A DNA stretch of 64,000 bases from Mayamaea pseudoterrestris (GCA_027923505.1 BROI01000014.1:620001-684000); one strand, 5' to 3'; counted from the stretch's first letter, positions 32,655 through 46,800 are shown. Made by a program: numbers and translations. The notes: generated by a model not told the origin, from the sequence alone.

Positions 32655-33207
32655 GGTGAGATGCTTGAATAGATCGTCAAGAATGGTCGACTTGGCAAAG
32701 CCGCGAGCACGACGTTGCGTGCGTCTCGCAGGTTGAGGCGTATCTTTGCGCGCAAACTCCGGCACTCCGGGTTTATTATGAACGAGTTTAGCTACCCTGA
32801 CGGAGGGCACTATGAAAACACGTTTGGAGCATAACGTAACGTCTGTCTCAGTGTTTCATTAGCGTAGCTGGACGCTATACTGTTATTTGAGTCGTCGGTA
32901 ACGGAGAGAAGTAATCGCAATAGGTGCTCAGACTTCCCTTGCCCCTTCATTTGAAAGGAGAAAATCATGTGTACCATTCTAAACCTTTCCTGATCAAGTG
33001 CATGGCACATACCAGTACATACTGTATTGAAAAGGGTGGTACAGTTGGCAGACCACTCCAGGGCCTACCGGTAAGTAGCTATGCAAAGACACTTTAATAA
33101 AGTGGTGCCAAGGCCCCTAGAATGGGGAAGACTATAGCTTATTGAATTGAAACCTGCTAGACGGCAGCGCACTACCTGGTAGGAAATCATAAATGCCATA
33201 TCATAGG

Positions 33208-33702
33208 TTACTCCGAAGTGGCCAGTGAAACAGGTTGCGAGAGGGTTCGACGATGAAAGGCGTAGAATGTGCGCCTTCGAACGAGGTGCGGGTCGTTCCG
33301 TCTCCTTTGTTCTTCCTCGACGTAGCTTGCAAAGTGCTTCCGCTCCTGCGTATAAACAATCGAAATAGTCAGATTATGTAGAGCCATGCATGCGTGCAGT
33401 GCAGTCTAATAGGGATAAAACGAACGTTTCCTTTCCAACCAAACGACCGACAAAATGCTCGGCATTCATCCCAAACAACTGTGATTGTGACGTACGTTTT
33501 CATCTCGTATTTTATCAACACTGCTCCATCCCAATGTAAAAGAGCTTATGGCCAACACTCCGAGAAAGTATGGAAATCGATCCGGAGTAAAGACGGACTT
33601 CTTGAACGTTTGCTGAGCAACGTCTGTCCCTGCCTTGACAGTGCTCAAGCCGCTGTGGACGGAGCTCAAAAAGCGCACAGCTCGAGTCACCGGGGAAGCC
33701 AT
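33208..33702 (-). CDS. Small single-pass membrane protein (~114 aa), possibly mitochondrial; 2 exons (intron 33495-33346)
   Basis: GTACGT donor after ...KIRDEN; CTGAC branch point and CAG acceptor; in-frame exon 2 ERKHFASYVEEEQRRR...SE*; TM segment FPYFLGVLAISSFTLGW. Confidence 0.55.
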
Positions 33703-34486
33703 GTCAACAGATTAGTTGCGTCCTTGCACAAAGAGAGTATATATATGATGGGGACGAGTGTTGATGGAGTGAGATGTGTCATGTTTCGAATCGTCGACGC
33801 GACGGCCATTGGCATCGACAGGGCGAAGATGATGACGTCGAGCGCGTCATTCCCACTTTGAGACTCATGAAAACGAAACGCACATGGCGTGAATCGGTGG
33901 ATTAGAACAGCCGGTTCATCGACACCCTACAACCGCGAATGGAACGGCAAGTTGCGACGAATGTGTTGAAGTTCCGCCAGCGCAGAAAGTCGGAGAAATG
34001 GCAGGACGAGACAATTGATAGGGCCACACTTACGTCAGTTGTTTGATCGGGGTCACGTTGTTTTCAGTGTACTCTGTACCTTATACAGATGATGACTGAT
34101 TCAAAACCACGTATCGGTATGATACGCAAACCTTATCATGTGTCAATTCTTTGCCTCCCGTGGACACGAGCAGGTCCATGCCTTCGGTACACCTCGATCC
34201 ATACTCAGAACTCCCTCGGCTGCCAACGCTTTTTCTTTGTGACTCCTCGGAGCTTGACCGTACGTCTTCTTTCCGCTTAAGCCTCCGAAGTTCGGCGCCA
34301 GATCCGGGGTCCTTGTGCTTGTGACTTGTGATTCTCGATCGGTTCACAACTCGTTGAGGGAGTCGTTTGGCCGAGCACTTGTACTTATATAGACCATTCT
34401 TCTCACGCCTCTTTGCTGGCTTTGAGCAAGCTAACGTTGCAATATCGATTAGCATCTAGATACTTGATACAAGACGCAAGATAAAG

Positions 34487-34623
34487 GTAAGTCAATTGAA
34501 GTCACGGACCGAAGAAAGCCTGCGAGCGTCGTGCTCCGAAACGCACACCAGGCACCCGGAAACTTCACAAGTGCCACAACTAACGATCCACACAAAATTC
34601 CCCCGCTCGCTGCATTCTCACAG
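34487..34623 (+). other. Putative 5'-UTR intron of the polyQ gene
   Basis: AAG|GTAAGT donor, ACTAAC branch point near 34580, and CAG acceptor 8 nt before the ATG at 34632. Confidence 0.6.
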
Positions 34624-34631
34624 GCAACGAG

Positions 34632-34774
34632 ATGAACAATAACAACCACCAAGCCGGCAGCAGCGCCGATCAATCGGCTCTCTCCTTGCTTGTCAACGCG
34701 GCGGAAGGTAGCCGCGATGCTCGTTCGCAGCAGGAGAGTATGCAGCAACATCACCAGCAGCAACAGCACCTCCA

Positions 34775-34813
<39 letters not shown>

Positions 34814-36635
34814 ATCCTTCGCCAACCAGCTACGCCAGCAAAGCCTTGGTCGTGATCAAGGCTTGTCACTGGAGGAGCAGTTGCTGCTGCAGCAGCAGCT
34901 GCAAGGTGCTTCCTTTGGCGGCGGAGGAGGAGGTTCCATGAACCTTTTGAACCAGCTGCGCGAGCAGAATCTGTTTAGTCAGTACGGGCAGCAGCAACAA
35001 CATCAGCAGCAGCAACAGCAACAACTTGCAATGCTACTTGGGCTAGGAGGTGGACAAGGTTTGGGAGGAGGGCATTCAGCTGATGTTCATTCGGCACTGG
35101 CGGCTCAGTTGCGCCAGCAGGCGCAGCAGCAACAGCAGCAGCAGCCGCAGTTCACATCGGCTGATTTGTTGGCGTTGAGTCGGTCGGGTGGACTTGGAGG
35201 GCTCTCTGGAATTCTTGGAAACGGAGGAGGCCTTGGAGCAGGTGGCGCGAGCAGCTTTGCCACTGAACTAGAAGGGTTACAGAGGTTGGAAGAGTTGGAG
35301 CGTCGTCAGCGACTCTTGGCCGCAGCAGCGGCTGGAAACGGAGGTTTGCCGCAAGGTCCAGTTGGGATTGGCAGCATGGTTCGAAACGAGCATATTGATC
35401 CAAATGGGTCGCCCATGTTGATGCCAAAGATGAATCCAGAAGATTCCCGTCCTCCTGTTCCCACACGTCCCATTTCGTCAGTCAACGTTGGGTCGGCCCG
35501 TAAGAAACTTCCTGGCGCGGACCTTGTCGGCGGCGTCATGAAACCTTCGTCGAACGGCGGCCTTGGTGCAATCGCGTCTGCCGATGACAACAAGGAAGAG
35601 TTGGAAAAGGCTCCTGGATCAGTCATTGTCCCATGTCGTGCCCGTGGCATGGTACGTTGGACATGTTCTGCCTTGAGTGATGATTACGTACCAATTTGCG
35701 CGTATGTTAACCAAGTTGCATTCCCTTTTTTACAGCCCATGGACCACAACTTTAAAACAGCTTACTTTGTAATTCCCGAGAACGTCAAGCATGGCGAGGA
35801 GCTCATTTGCTCGTATTTTGCCTGCCGCAACGCTGGGATCAAGTTTCGCTATTGCTCGCACTGCAAGGTCCCCGTCGCGAAACGTAACTTTCGTAAGCGT
35901 CACAAGCATGGTGGCCAAGATGTTGCTCAGCTTCCGGGCGAAGATTCGGATGGCGAAGAAGAGATGGCTGCTGTCAAGAAGGGAATTCCCTCACAGATCA
36001 TGGCCGGTCACAAGGGCGAAGAGGTCGAGGCAGATGGCATTTCGTCGCAGAGCACCGACTCCAACCAGGGCAAAGCCGTAGGTCTGGCTCATTCAGCCGT
36101 TCGAAACTTTGGGAACTCCAAGAAGCAGGCGGCCGCTGCTATGGCTATGCCAGTTCCACTTGCCAAAGATATGGGTTCGCGCAAGGCAACTTCGGAACGC
36201 GAGATGCGTTGGTTGACTCTTTTGACGAGGCGCCCGGCAACGAAGGACGGCGACGCCATGTCTGGGTGGTTGATGGAAGTACTGGCGGTGAGTGATCTTG
36301 ACACGCCGCTCCAGCAGCCTGGTCAAGAAGGCGACGCTGTTCTCGTTTCGGAAGAGCCCAACAAGCTGCCCGCCGTTCCTGCGAAAGAGGATGTCGACAC
36401 TGCATCTAGCGAGGAATACAACTCGTCCAGTGATGAATCGTCTAACAAGCTGCAGGAGAAGCCAACGTCGTTTGATGAAGTGGCCAGAAAGCGTCCGACG
36501 GAAATGATTGACGATGCAGTGGGCGCGCCTCCGCCGTCGGGTGAAGGCAGCAACTTTGCCAGTGGCAGTTTTGCCGCTTGGAAGGAGCGAAAGAAACAGA
36601 AGAAGCAAGACAAATCTGGCTCTGATGAGGCTTAG
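34632..36635 (+). CDS. PolyQ/Gly-rich protein with a Cys/His domain (putative lineage-specific transcription regulator); intron 35652-35735
   Basis: Q-runs at the N-terminus; spliced domain PCRARGM|PMDHNFKTAYF...CSYFAC...FRYCSHCKVPVAKRNFRKRH; basic NLS-like C-terminus. Confidence 0.75.
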
Positions 36636-36784
36636 TGCTGCTAAAACTGAGAAGTGGGGCAGCGTTTGGAACGTTGATTGCTATGCTCCCTTTATGCGTG
36701 TAGAATGATTGGTGATATTAAAAAGGAAGTTATCAAGGTACACTCGTTAAATTTTTTATTTATTGCATTTTACCTGCAAGCTCA

Positions 36785-37618
36785 TCATTCACGTAGAGAG
36801 CTGAGGAATATAAAATCATTACCAAGTCGATGAGACGTGGATTTAGCCGACAAGTCCAGTGGCCGAGCTCCGTACATCGGCGCAATTCCATGGCTTAATA
36901 ATTTAGGAGCGACCGTAACACAAAGTACATCCACCAAATTATTGTTGAATAGACTTGAGATGACTTGAGCGCCTCCTTCCACCATTAGCGTCTTGATGTC
37001 ATGGCGAAGCCACAGCTGAGCGAGCGCCTCCTTGATGTCGATTCTTCCGTCGGGCCCGCAAGGACACGGACAAAGTCGGACATTCGCCGGGAGAATGCTC
37101 ATAGAGTCAGCCGCTTGCTGACTGCAGCATACAATAAGACTCTCTACCCTCAGACATTCTTTCATTGATCTTAAAGAATGGAGGTTTGAATCGAGAGCGA
37201 CTGGAATTGGTTGTTGACGAGCTACACTTGAATGCGGATTCCAGAGTCGATTGTTTAGTCTTGGATTGTCCAAAGCAAGAGTTCTTCCTCCTATTAGTAT
37301 ACCGTCATGTAAAGAACGAATCGCATGTGTCAAGCGCATTGATTCTTCGCCGCTGAGTGGATAGTTGCTCGTCGTCTCAGATTTGGACGCATCCTTGAAA
37401 GGAGCCAACATTCCATTCAAGCTTTGAGCGAATGAGACTGTGATGATAGGAAGTGTGTTTTCGTTTCGTTCATTGGCGACAAGCTTATGCATGTTCTTCA
37501 TCTGATCAAGAATGTCGTCAATAGTGCGATCGCAGCAGCTGCTTCTCGGGTCGACAGCTTCGGCCATTGTGATATGACACACACCGAGAAATAGAAAGAT
37601 CAATATGACGCCAGACAT
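36785..37618 (-). CDS. RibD C-terminal-domain (Rib7-like) pyrimidine reductase
   Basis: Motifs ITVSFAQSLNG, THAIRSLHDGILIGGRT, DNPRLNNR, LMVEGGAQVI and VTVAPKLL; hydrophobic N-terminus. Start codon uncertain. Confidence 0.85.
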   Translation of the reverse strand: MSGVILIFLFLGVCHITMAEAVDPRSSCCDRTIDDILDQMKNMHKLVANERNENTLPIITVSFAQSLNGMLAPFKDASKSETTSNYPLSGEESMRLTHAIRSLHDGILIGGRTLALDNPRLNNRLWNPHSSVARQQPIPVALDSNLHSLRSMKECLRVESLIVCCSQQAADSMSILPANVRLCPCPCGPDGRIDIKEALAQLWLRHDIKTLMVEGGAQVISSLFNNNLVDVLCVTVAPKLLSHGIAPMYGARPLDLSAKSTSHRLGNDFIFLSSLRE

Positions 37619-37814
37619 TCTGCAGGCCAACTGGATACATAGTGGATCATGGTAACACCAATTTTGCAACTGCTTTGATACCGGAAAGCGTACTTGTATC
37701 GATTGATTGATTACTGTACAACAACATCATGCTTGCTGATGTCGAAACCAATAAAGGTCGCGCGATTGGAGAAGATTGTCGCACAGGTTTTAGCGATTAT
37801 GGAAAGCTATCAAT

Positions 37815-40800
37815 GCCTTGACATTCAAACGCCCATAAAACATGCCATGTATACACCCAAATCATGCCAGAATGGTGCCAACATCATTATTCTGTCTGCG
37901 CTACATGATAGTATGCATGATGGGTGCCCTGGTAGACTGCAATGTGATTGGTGACAAGTTGTCACCAGTCTCAGCCTGCAGATGCCGTGACATTCAATTG
38001 CCCATAAAACATGCCATGTATACACCCAAATCATACCAGAATGCTGCCACCATCATTGTTCCGTCTGCGCTACAAGATGTTATGCTTGGTGGCTGCCCTA
38101 GTAGACTGCAATTTGATTGGTGACAAGATGTCACCAGTCTCAGCCCACAGATGCCATGACATTCAGACGCCCCCTACAGCAAGCCCGGTAGGTGCCCAAA
38201 TTACACCAGAATGGTGCCAACATCATTTCTCAGGCTGCGCTACAAGATTGTAGGCATGGCTGGTGTCTCAGGGGATGGCAATGTATTTGGTGACAACTTG
38301 TCACCAGTCTCAGCCCGCATATGCCATAACATTCAGACACACCTACAGCAAGCCCGGTAGGTGCCCAAATTACACCAGAATAGTGCCAACATCATTATTC
38401 AGGCTGCGCTACAAGATGGTAGGCTTGGCTGGCGTCTCAGGGGATGGCAATGTATTTGGTGACAACTTGTCACCAGTCTCAGCCCGCAGATGCCATGACA
38501 TTCAGACACACCTACAGCAGGCCCTGTAGGTGCCCAAATTACACCAGACTGGTGCCAACATCATTTTTGAGGCTGCGCTACAAGATGGTAGGCTTGGCTG
38601 GTGGGTCTCAGGGGATGGCAATGGATTTGGTGTCAACTTGTCACCCGTCTCAGCCCGCATATGCCATAACATTCAGACACACCTACAGCAAGCCCGGTAG
38701 GTGCCCAAATTACACCAGAATGGTGCCAACATCGTTATTCAGGCTGCGCTACAAGATGGTAGGCTTGGCTAGTGTCTCAGGGGATGGCAATGGATTTGGT
38801 GACAACTTGTCACCAGTCTCAGCCTGCAGATGCCATGACATTCAAACGCCCCTACAGCAAGCCCTGTAGGTGCCCAAATTACACCAGAATGGTGCCAACA
38901 TCATTATTCAGGCTGCGCTACAAGATGGTAGGCTTGGCTGGTGTCTCAGGGGATGGCAATGTATTTGGTGACAACTTGTCACCAGTCACAGCCCGCAGAT
39001 GCCATAACATTCAGACGCCCCTACAGCAGGCCCGGTAGGTGCCCAAATTACACCAGAATGGTGCCAACATCATTATTCAGGCTGAGCTACAAGATGGTAG
39101 GCTTGGCTGGTGTCTCAGGGGATGGCAATGTATTTGGTGACAACTTGTCACCAGTCACAGCCCGCAGATGCCATAACATTCAGACGCCCCTACAGCAAGC
39201 CCGGTAGGTGCCCAAATTACACCAGAATGGTGCCAACATCATTATTCAGGCTGCGCTACAAGATGGTAGGCTTGGCTGGTGTCTCAGGGGATGGCAATGT
39301 ATTTGGTGACAACTTGTCACCAGTCACAGCCCGCAGATGCCATAACATTCAGACGCCCCTACAGCAGGCCCGGTAGGTGCCCAAATTACACCAGAATGGT
39401 GCCAACATCGTTATTCAGGCTGCGCTACAAGATGGTAGGCATGGCTGGTGTCTCAGGGGATGGCAATGTATTTGGTGACAACTTGTCACCAGTCTCAGCC
39501 CGCAGATGCCATGACATTCAGACACACCTACAGCAGGCCCGGTAGGTGCCCAAATTACACCAGAATGGTGCCAACATCATTATTATGGCTGCGCTACAAG
39601 ATGGTAGGCTTGGCTGGTGTCTCAGGGGATGATAATGTATTTGGTGACAACTTGTCACCAGTCTCAGCCCGCAGATGCCATGACATTCAGACACACCTAC
39701 AGCAGGCCCTGTAGGTGCCCAAATTACACCAGAATGGTGCCAACATCATTTCTCAGGCTGCGCTACAAGATGGTAGGCATGGCTGGTGTCTCAGGGGATG
39801 GCAATGTATTTGGTGACAACTTGTCACCAGTCACAGCCCGCAGATGCCATAACATTCAGACGCCCCTACAGCAGGCCCGGTAGGTGCCCAAATTACACCA
39901 GAATGGTGCCAACATCATTATTCAGGCTGAGCTACAAGATGGTAGGCTTGGCTGGTGTCTCAGGGGATGGCAATGTATTTGGTGACAACTTGTCACCAGT
40001 CTCAGCCCGCAGATGCCATGACATTCAGACACACCTACAGCAAGCCCGGTAGGTGCCCAAATTACACCAGAATAGTGCCAACATCATTTTTCAGGCTGCG
40101 CTACAAGATGGTAGGCTTGGCTGGCGTCTCAGGGGATGGCAATGTATTTGGTGACAACTTGTCACCAGTCTCAGCCCGCAGATGCCATGACATTCAGACA
40201 CACCTACAGCAGGCCCTGTAGGTGCCCAAATTACACCAGAATGGTGCCAACATCATTTTTGAGGCTGCGCTACAAGATGGTAGGCTTGGCTGGTGTCTCA
40301 GGGGATGGCAATGTATTTGGTGACAACTTGTCACCAGTCTCAGCCTGCAGATGCCATGACATTCAGACACACCTACAGCAAGCCCGGTAGGTGCCCAAAT
40401 TACACCAGAATGGTGCCAACATCATTATTCAGGCTGCGCTACAAGATGGTAGGCTTGGCTGGTGTCTCAGGGGATGGCAATGTATTTGGTGACAACTTGT
40501 CACCAGTCTCAGCCTGCAGATGCCATGACATTCAAACGCCCCTACAGCAAGCCCTGTAGGTGCCCAAATTACACCAGAATGGTGCCAACATCATTATTCA
40601 GGCTGCGCTACAAGATGGTAGGCTTGGCTGGTGTCTCAGGGGATGGCAATGTATTTGGTGACAACTTGTCACCAGTCACAGCCCGCAGATGCCATAACAT
40701 TCAGACGCCCCTACAGCAGGCCCGGTAGGTGCCCAAATTACACCAGAATGGTGCCAACATCATTATTCAGGCTGAGCTACAAGATGGTAGGCTTGGCTGG

Positions 40801-43800
40801 TGTCTCAGGGGATGGCAATGTATTTGGTGACAACTTGTCACCAGTCTCAGCCCGCAGATGCCATGACATTCAGACACACCTACAGCAGGCCCGGTAGGTG
40901 CCCAAATTACACCAGAATGGTGCCAACATCATTTCTCAGGTTGCGCTACAAGATGGTAGGCTTGGCTGGTGTCTCAGGGGATGGCAATGTATTTGGTGAC
41001 AACTTGTCACCAGTCTCAGCCTGCAGATGCCATGACATTCAAACGCCCCTACAGTGGCCCTGTAGGTGCCCAAATTACACCAGAATGGTGCCAACGTCAT
41101 TATTCAGGCTGCGCTACAAGATGGTAGGCTTGGCTGGTGTCTCAGGGGATGGCAATGTATTTGGTGACAACTTGTCACCAGTCTCAGCCCGCATATGCCA
41201 TAATATTCAGACGCCCCTACAGCAAGCCCGGTAGGCGCCCAAATTTCACCAGAATGGTGCCAACATCATTATTCAGGCTGCGCTACAAGATGGTAGGCTT
41301 GGCTGGTGTCTCAGGGGATGACAATGTATTTGGTGACAACTTGTCACCAGTCTCAGCCTCAGATGCCATGACATTCAGACACACCTACAGCAGGCCCTGT
41401 AGGTGCCCAAATTACACCAGAATGGTATTAACATCATTTCTCAGGCTGCGCTACAAGATGGTAGGCTTGGCTGGTGGGTCTCAGGGGATGGCAATGGATT
41501 TGGTGTCAACTTGTCACCAGTCTCAGCCCGCATATGCCATAACATTCAGACACACCTACAGCAAGCCCGGTAGGTGCCCAAATTACACCAGAATGGTGCC
41601 AACATCATTATTCAGGCTGCGCTACAAGATGGTAGGCTTGGCTGGTGTCTCAGGGGATGGCAATGTATTTGGTGACAACTTGTCACCAGTCTCAGCCTGC
41701 AGATGCCATGACATTCAAACGCCCCTACAGCAAGCCCTGTAGGTGCCCAAATTACACCAGAATGGTGCCAACATCATTATTCAGGCTGCGCTACAAGATG
41801 GTAGGCTTGGCTGGTGTCTCAGGGGATGGTAATGTATTTGGTGACAACTTGTCACCAGTCACAGCCCGCACATTCAGACGCCCCTACAGCAGGCCCGGTA
41901 GGTGCCCAAATTACACCAGAATGGTGCCAACATCATTATTCAGGCTGCGCTACAAGATGGTAGGCTTGGCTGGTGTCTCAGGGGATGGCAATGTATTTGG
42001 TGACAACTTGTCACCAGTCTCAGCCCGCAGATGCCATGACATTCAGACACACCTACAGCAGGCCCTGTAGGTGCCCAAATTACACCAGAATGGTGCCAAC
42101 ATCATTTTTGAGGCTGCGCTACAAGATGGTAGGCTTGGCTGGTGTCTCAGGGGATGGCAATGTATTTGGTGACAACTTGTCACCAGTCTCAGCCCGCAGA
42201 TGCCATGACATTCAAACGCCCCTACAGCAGGCCCTGTAGGTGCCCAAATTACACCAGAATGGTGCCAACATCATTATTCAGGCTGCGCTACAAGATGGTA
42301 GGCTTGGCTGGTGTCTCAGGGGATGGCAATGTATTTGGTGACAACTTGTCACCAGTCTCAGCCCGCAGATGCCATAACATTCAGACGCCCCTACAGCAAG
42401 CCCGGTAGGTGCCCAAATTACACCAGAATGGTGCCAACATCATTAATCAGGCTGCGCTACAAGATGGTAGGCTTGGCTGGTGTCTCAGGGGATGGCAATG
42501 TATTTGGTGACAACTTGTCACCAGTCTCAGCCTCAGATGCCATGACATTCAGACACACCTACAGCAGGCCCTGTAGGTGCCCAAATTACACCAGAATGGT
42601 ATTAACATCATTTCTCAGGCTGCGCTACAAGATGGTAGGCATGGCTGGTGTCTCAGGGGATGGCAATGTATTTGGTGACAACTTGTCACCAGTCTCAGCC
42701 CGCAGATGCCATGACATTCAAACGCCCCTACAGCAAGCCCTGTAGGTGCCCAAATTACACCAGAATGGTGCCAACATCATTTTTGAGGCTGCGCTACAAG
42801 ATGGTAGGCTTGGCTGGTGTCTCAGGGGATGGCAATGTATTTGGTGACAACTTGTCACCAGTCTCAGCCCGCGCAGATGCCATGACATTCAGAACACACC
42901 TACAGCAGCCCTGTAGGTCGCCCAAATACACCAGAATGGTGCCAACATCATTTTCAGGCTGCGCTACAAGATGGTAGGCTTGGCTGGTGTCTCAGGGGAT
43001 GGCAATGTATTTGGTGACAACTTGTCACCAGTCTCAGCCCGCAGATGCCATAACATTCAGACGCCCCTACAGCAAGCCTGGTAGGTGCCCAAATTACACC
43101 AGAATGGTGCCAACATCATTTCTCAGGCTGCGCTACAAGATGGTAGGCATGGCTGGTGTCTCAGGGGATGGCAATGTATTTGGTGACAACTTGTCACCAG
43201 TCTCAGCCCGCAGATGCCATGACATTCAGACGCACCTACAGCAGGCCCTGTAGGTGCCCAAATTACACCAGAATGGTGCCAACATCATTTTTCAGGCGGC
43301 GCTACAAGATGGTAGGCTTGGCTGGTGTCTCAGGGGATGGCAATGTATTTGGTGACAACTTGTCACCAGTCTCAGCCCGCAGATGCCATGACATTCAAAC
43401 AGCCTACATCAGGCCCTGTAGGTGCCCAAATTACACCAGAATGGTGCCAACATCATTTCTCAGGCTGCGCTACAAGATGGTAGGCTTGGCTGGTGTCTCA
43501 GGGGATGGCAATGTATTTGGTGACAACTTGTCACCAGTCTCAGCCCGCAGATGCCATGACATTCAGACACACCTACAGCAGGCCCTGTAGGTGCCCAAAT
43601 TACACCAGAATGGTGCCAACATCATTTCTCAGGCTGCGCTACAAGATGGTAGGCTTGGCTGGTGTCTCAGGGGATGGCAATGTATTTGGTGACAACTTGT
43701 CACCAGTCTCAGCCCGCAGATGCCATGACATTCAAACGCCCCTACAGCAAGCCCGGTAGGTGCCCAAATTACACCAGAATGGTGCCAACATCATTATTCA

Positions 43801-46800
43801 GGCTGCGCTACAAGATGGTAGGCTTGGCTGGTGTCTCAGGGGATGGCAATGTATTTGGTGACAACTTGTCACCAGTCTCAGCCCGCAGATGCCATGACAT
43901 TCAGACGCCCCTACAGCAAGCCCGGTAGGTGCCCAAATTACACCAGAATGGTGCCAACATCATTTTTAGGCTGCGCTACAAGATGGTAGGCTTGGCTGGT
44001 GTCTCAGGGGATGGCAATGTATTTGGTGACAACTTGTCACCAGTCTCAGCCCGCAGATGCCATGACATTCAGACACACCTACAGCAAGCCCGGTAGGTGC
44101 CCAAATTACACCAGAATGGTGCCAACATCATTTTTCAGGCTGCGCTACAAGATGGTAGGCTTGGCTGGTGTCTCAGGGGATGGCAATGTATTTGGTGACA
44201 ACTTGTCACCAGTCTCAGCCCGCAGATGCCATGACATTCAGACACACCTACAGCAAGCCCTGTAGGTGCCCAAATTACACCAGAATGGTGCCAACATCAT
44301 TTTCGAGGCTGCGCTACAAGATGGTAGGCTTGGCTGGTGTCTCAGGGGATGGCAATGTATTTGGTGACAACTTGTCACCAGTCTCAGCCCACAGATGCCA
44401 TGACATTCAGACGCCCCTACAGCAAGCCCGGTAGGTGCCCAAATTACACCAGAATGGTGCCAACATCATTTTTGAGGCTGCGCTACAAGATGGTAGGCTT
44501 GGCTGGTGTCTCAGGGGATGGCAATGTATTTGGTGACAACTTGTCACCAGTCTCAGCTCGCAGATGCCATGACATTCAGACGCCCCTACAGCAAGCCCGG
44601 TAGGTGCCCAAATTACACCAGAATGGTGCCAACATCATTTCTCAGGTGGCGCTACAAGATGGTAGGCTTGGCTGGTGTCTCAGGGGATGGCAATGTATTT
44701 GGTGACAACTTGTCACCAGTTTCAGCCCACAAATGCAATAACATTCTGACGCCCCTACAGCACCCAGCTCCCACTACGAGATGGTGCCAACATCATTATT
44801 GTCGCTACAAGATGGTAGGCTTGGCTGGTGTCTCAGGGGATGACAATGTATTTGGTGACAACTTGTCACCAGTCTCAGCCTGCAGATGCCATGACATTCA
44901 GACACACCTACAGCAGGCCCTGTAAGTGCCCAAATTACACCAGACTGGTGCTAACATCATTTTTGAGGCTGCGCTACAAGATGGTAGGCTTGGCTGGTGT
45001 CTCAGGGGATGGCAATGTATTTGGTGACAACTTGTCACCAGTCTCAGCCCACAGATGCCATGACATTCAGACGCCCCTACAGCAAGCCCGGTAGGTGCCC
45101 AAATTACACCAGAATGGTGCCAACATCATTTTTGAGGCTGCGCTACAAGATGGTAGGCTTGGCTGGTGTCTCAGGGGATGGCAATGTATTTGGTGACAAC
45201 TTGTCACCAGTCTCAGCCTGCAGATGCCATGACATTCAAACGCCCCTACAGCAAGCCCTATATGTGCCCAAATTACACCAGAATGGTGCCAGCATCATTA
45301 TTCAGGCTGCGCTACAAGATGGTAGGCTTGGCTGGTGTCTCAGGGGATGGCAATGTATTTGGTGACAACTTGTCACCAGTCTCAGCCTGCAGATGCCATG
45401 ACATTCAGAAACACCTACAGCAGGCCCTGCAGGTGCCCAAATTACACCAGAATGGTGCCAACATCGTTTTTGAGGCTGCGCTACAAGATGGTAGGCTTGG
45501 CTGGTGTCTCAGGGGATGGCAATGTATTTGGTGACAACTTGTCACCAGTCTCAGCTCGCAGATGCCATGACATTCTGACACACCTACAGCAGGCCCTGTA
45601 GGTGCCCAAATTACACCAGAATGGTGCCAACATCATTTCTCAGGTTGCGCTACAAGATGGTAGGCTTGGCTGGTGTCTCAGTGGATGGCAATGTATTTGG
45701 TGACAACTTGTCACCAGTCTCAGCCCGCAGATGCCATAACATTCAGACGCCCCTACAGCAAGCCTGGTAGGTGCCCTAATTACACCAGAATGGTGCCAAC
45801 ATCATTTTTGAGGCTGAGCTACAAGATGGTAGGAATGGCTGGTGTCTCAGGGGATGGCAATGTATTTGGTGACAACTTGTCACCAGTCTCAGCCCACAGA
45901 TGCCATGACATTCAGACGCCCCTACAGCAAGCCCGGTAGGTGCCCAAATTACACCAGAATGGTGCCAACATCATTTTTGAGGCTGCGCTACAAGATGGTA
46001 GGCTTGGCTGGTGTCTCAGGGGATGGCAATGTATTTGGTGACAACTTGTCACCAGTTTCAGCCCGCAAATGCAATAACATTCTGACGCCCCTACAGCAAG
46101 CCCGGTAGGTGCCCAAATTACACCAGAATGGTGCCAACATCATTATTCAGGCTGCGCTACAAGATGGTAGGCTTGGCTGGTGTCTCAGGGGATGACAATG
46201 TATTTGGTGACAACTTGTCACCAGTCTCAGCCCGCAGATGCCATGACATTCAGACACACCTACAGCAGGCCCTGTAGGTGCCCAAATTACACCAGAATGG
46301 TGCCAACATCGTTTTTGAGGATGCGCTACAAGATGGTAGGCTTGGCTGGTGTCTCAGGGGATGGCAATGTATTTGGTGACAACTTGTCACCAGTCTCAGC
46401 TCGCAGATGCCATGACATTCTGACACACCTACAGCAGGCCCTGTAGGTGCCCAAATTACACCAGAATGGTGCCAACATCATTTCTCAGGTGGCGCTACAA
46501 GATGGTAGGCTTGGCTGGTGTCTCAGGGGATGGTAATGTATTTGGTGACAACTTGTCACCAGTTTCAGCCCGCAAATGCAATAACATTCGCACCGGCCCG
46601 TAATCCAGAATGGTGCCAACATCATTATTCGGTCTGCTACAAGATGGTAGGCTTGGCTGGTTCTCAGGGAGACAAACTTGCACCCGCAGGTGCCATGACA
46701 TTCAGACACACCTACGAGGTGCCCAGTGTCTAAATTACACCAGAATGGTGCCAACATCGTTTTGAGGCTGCGCGACAAGATGGTAGGCTTGGCTGGTGTC

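Noticed and set aside
34449..34814. Poly-Leu ORF on the minus strand
   Set aside because: It is the antisense reading of the CAG/CAA polyQ tract.
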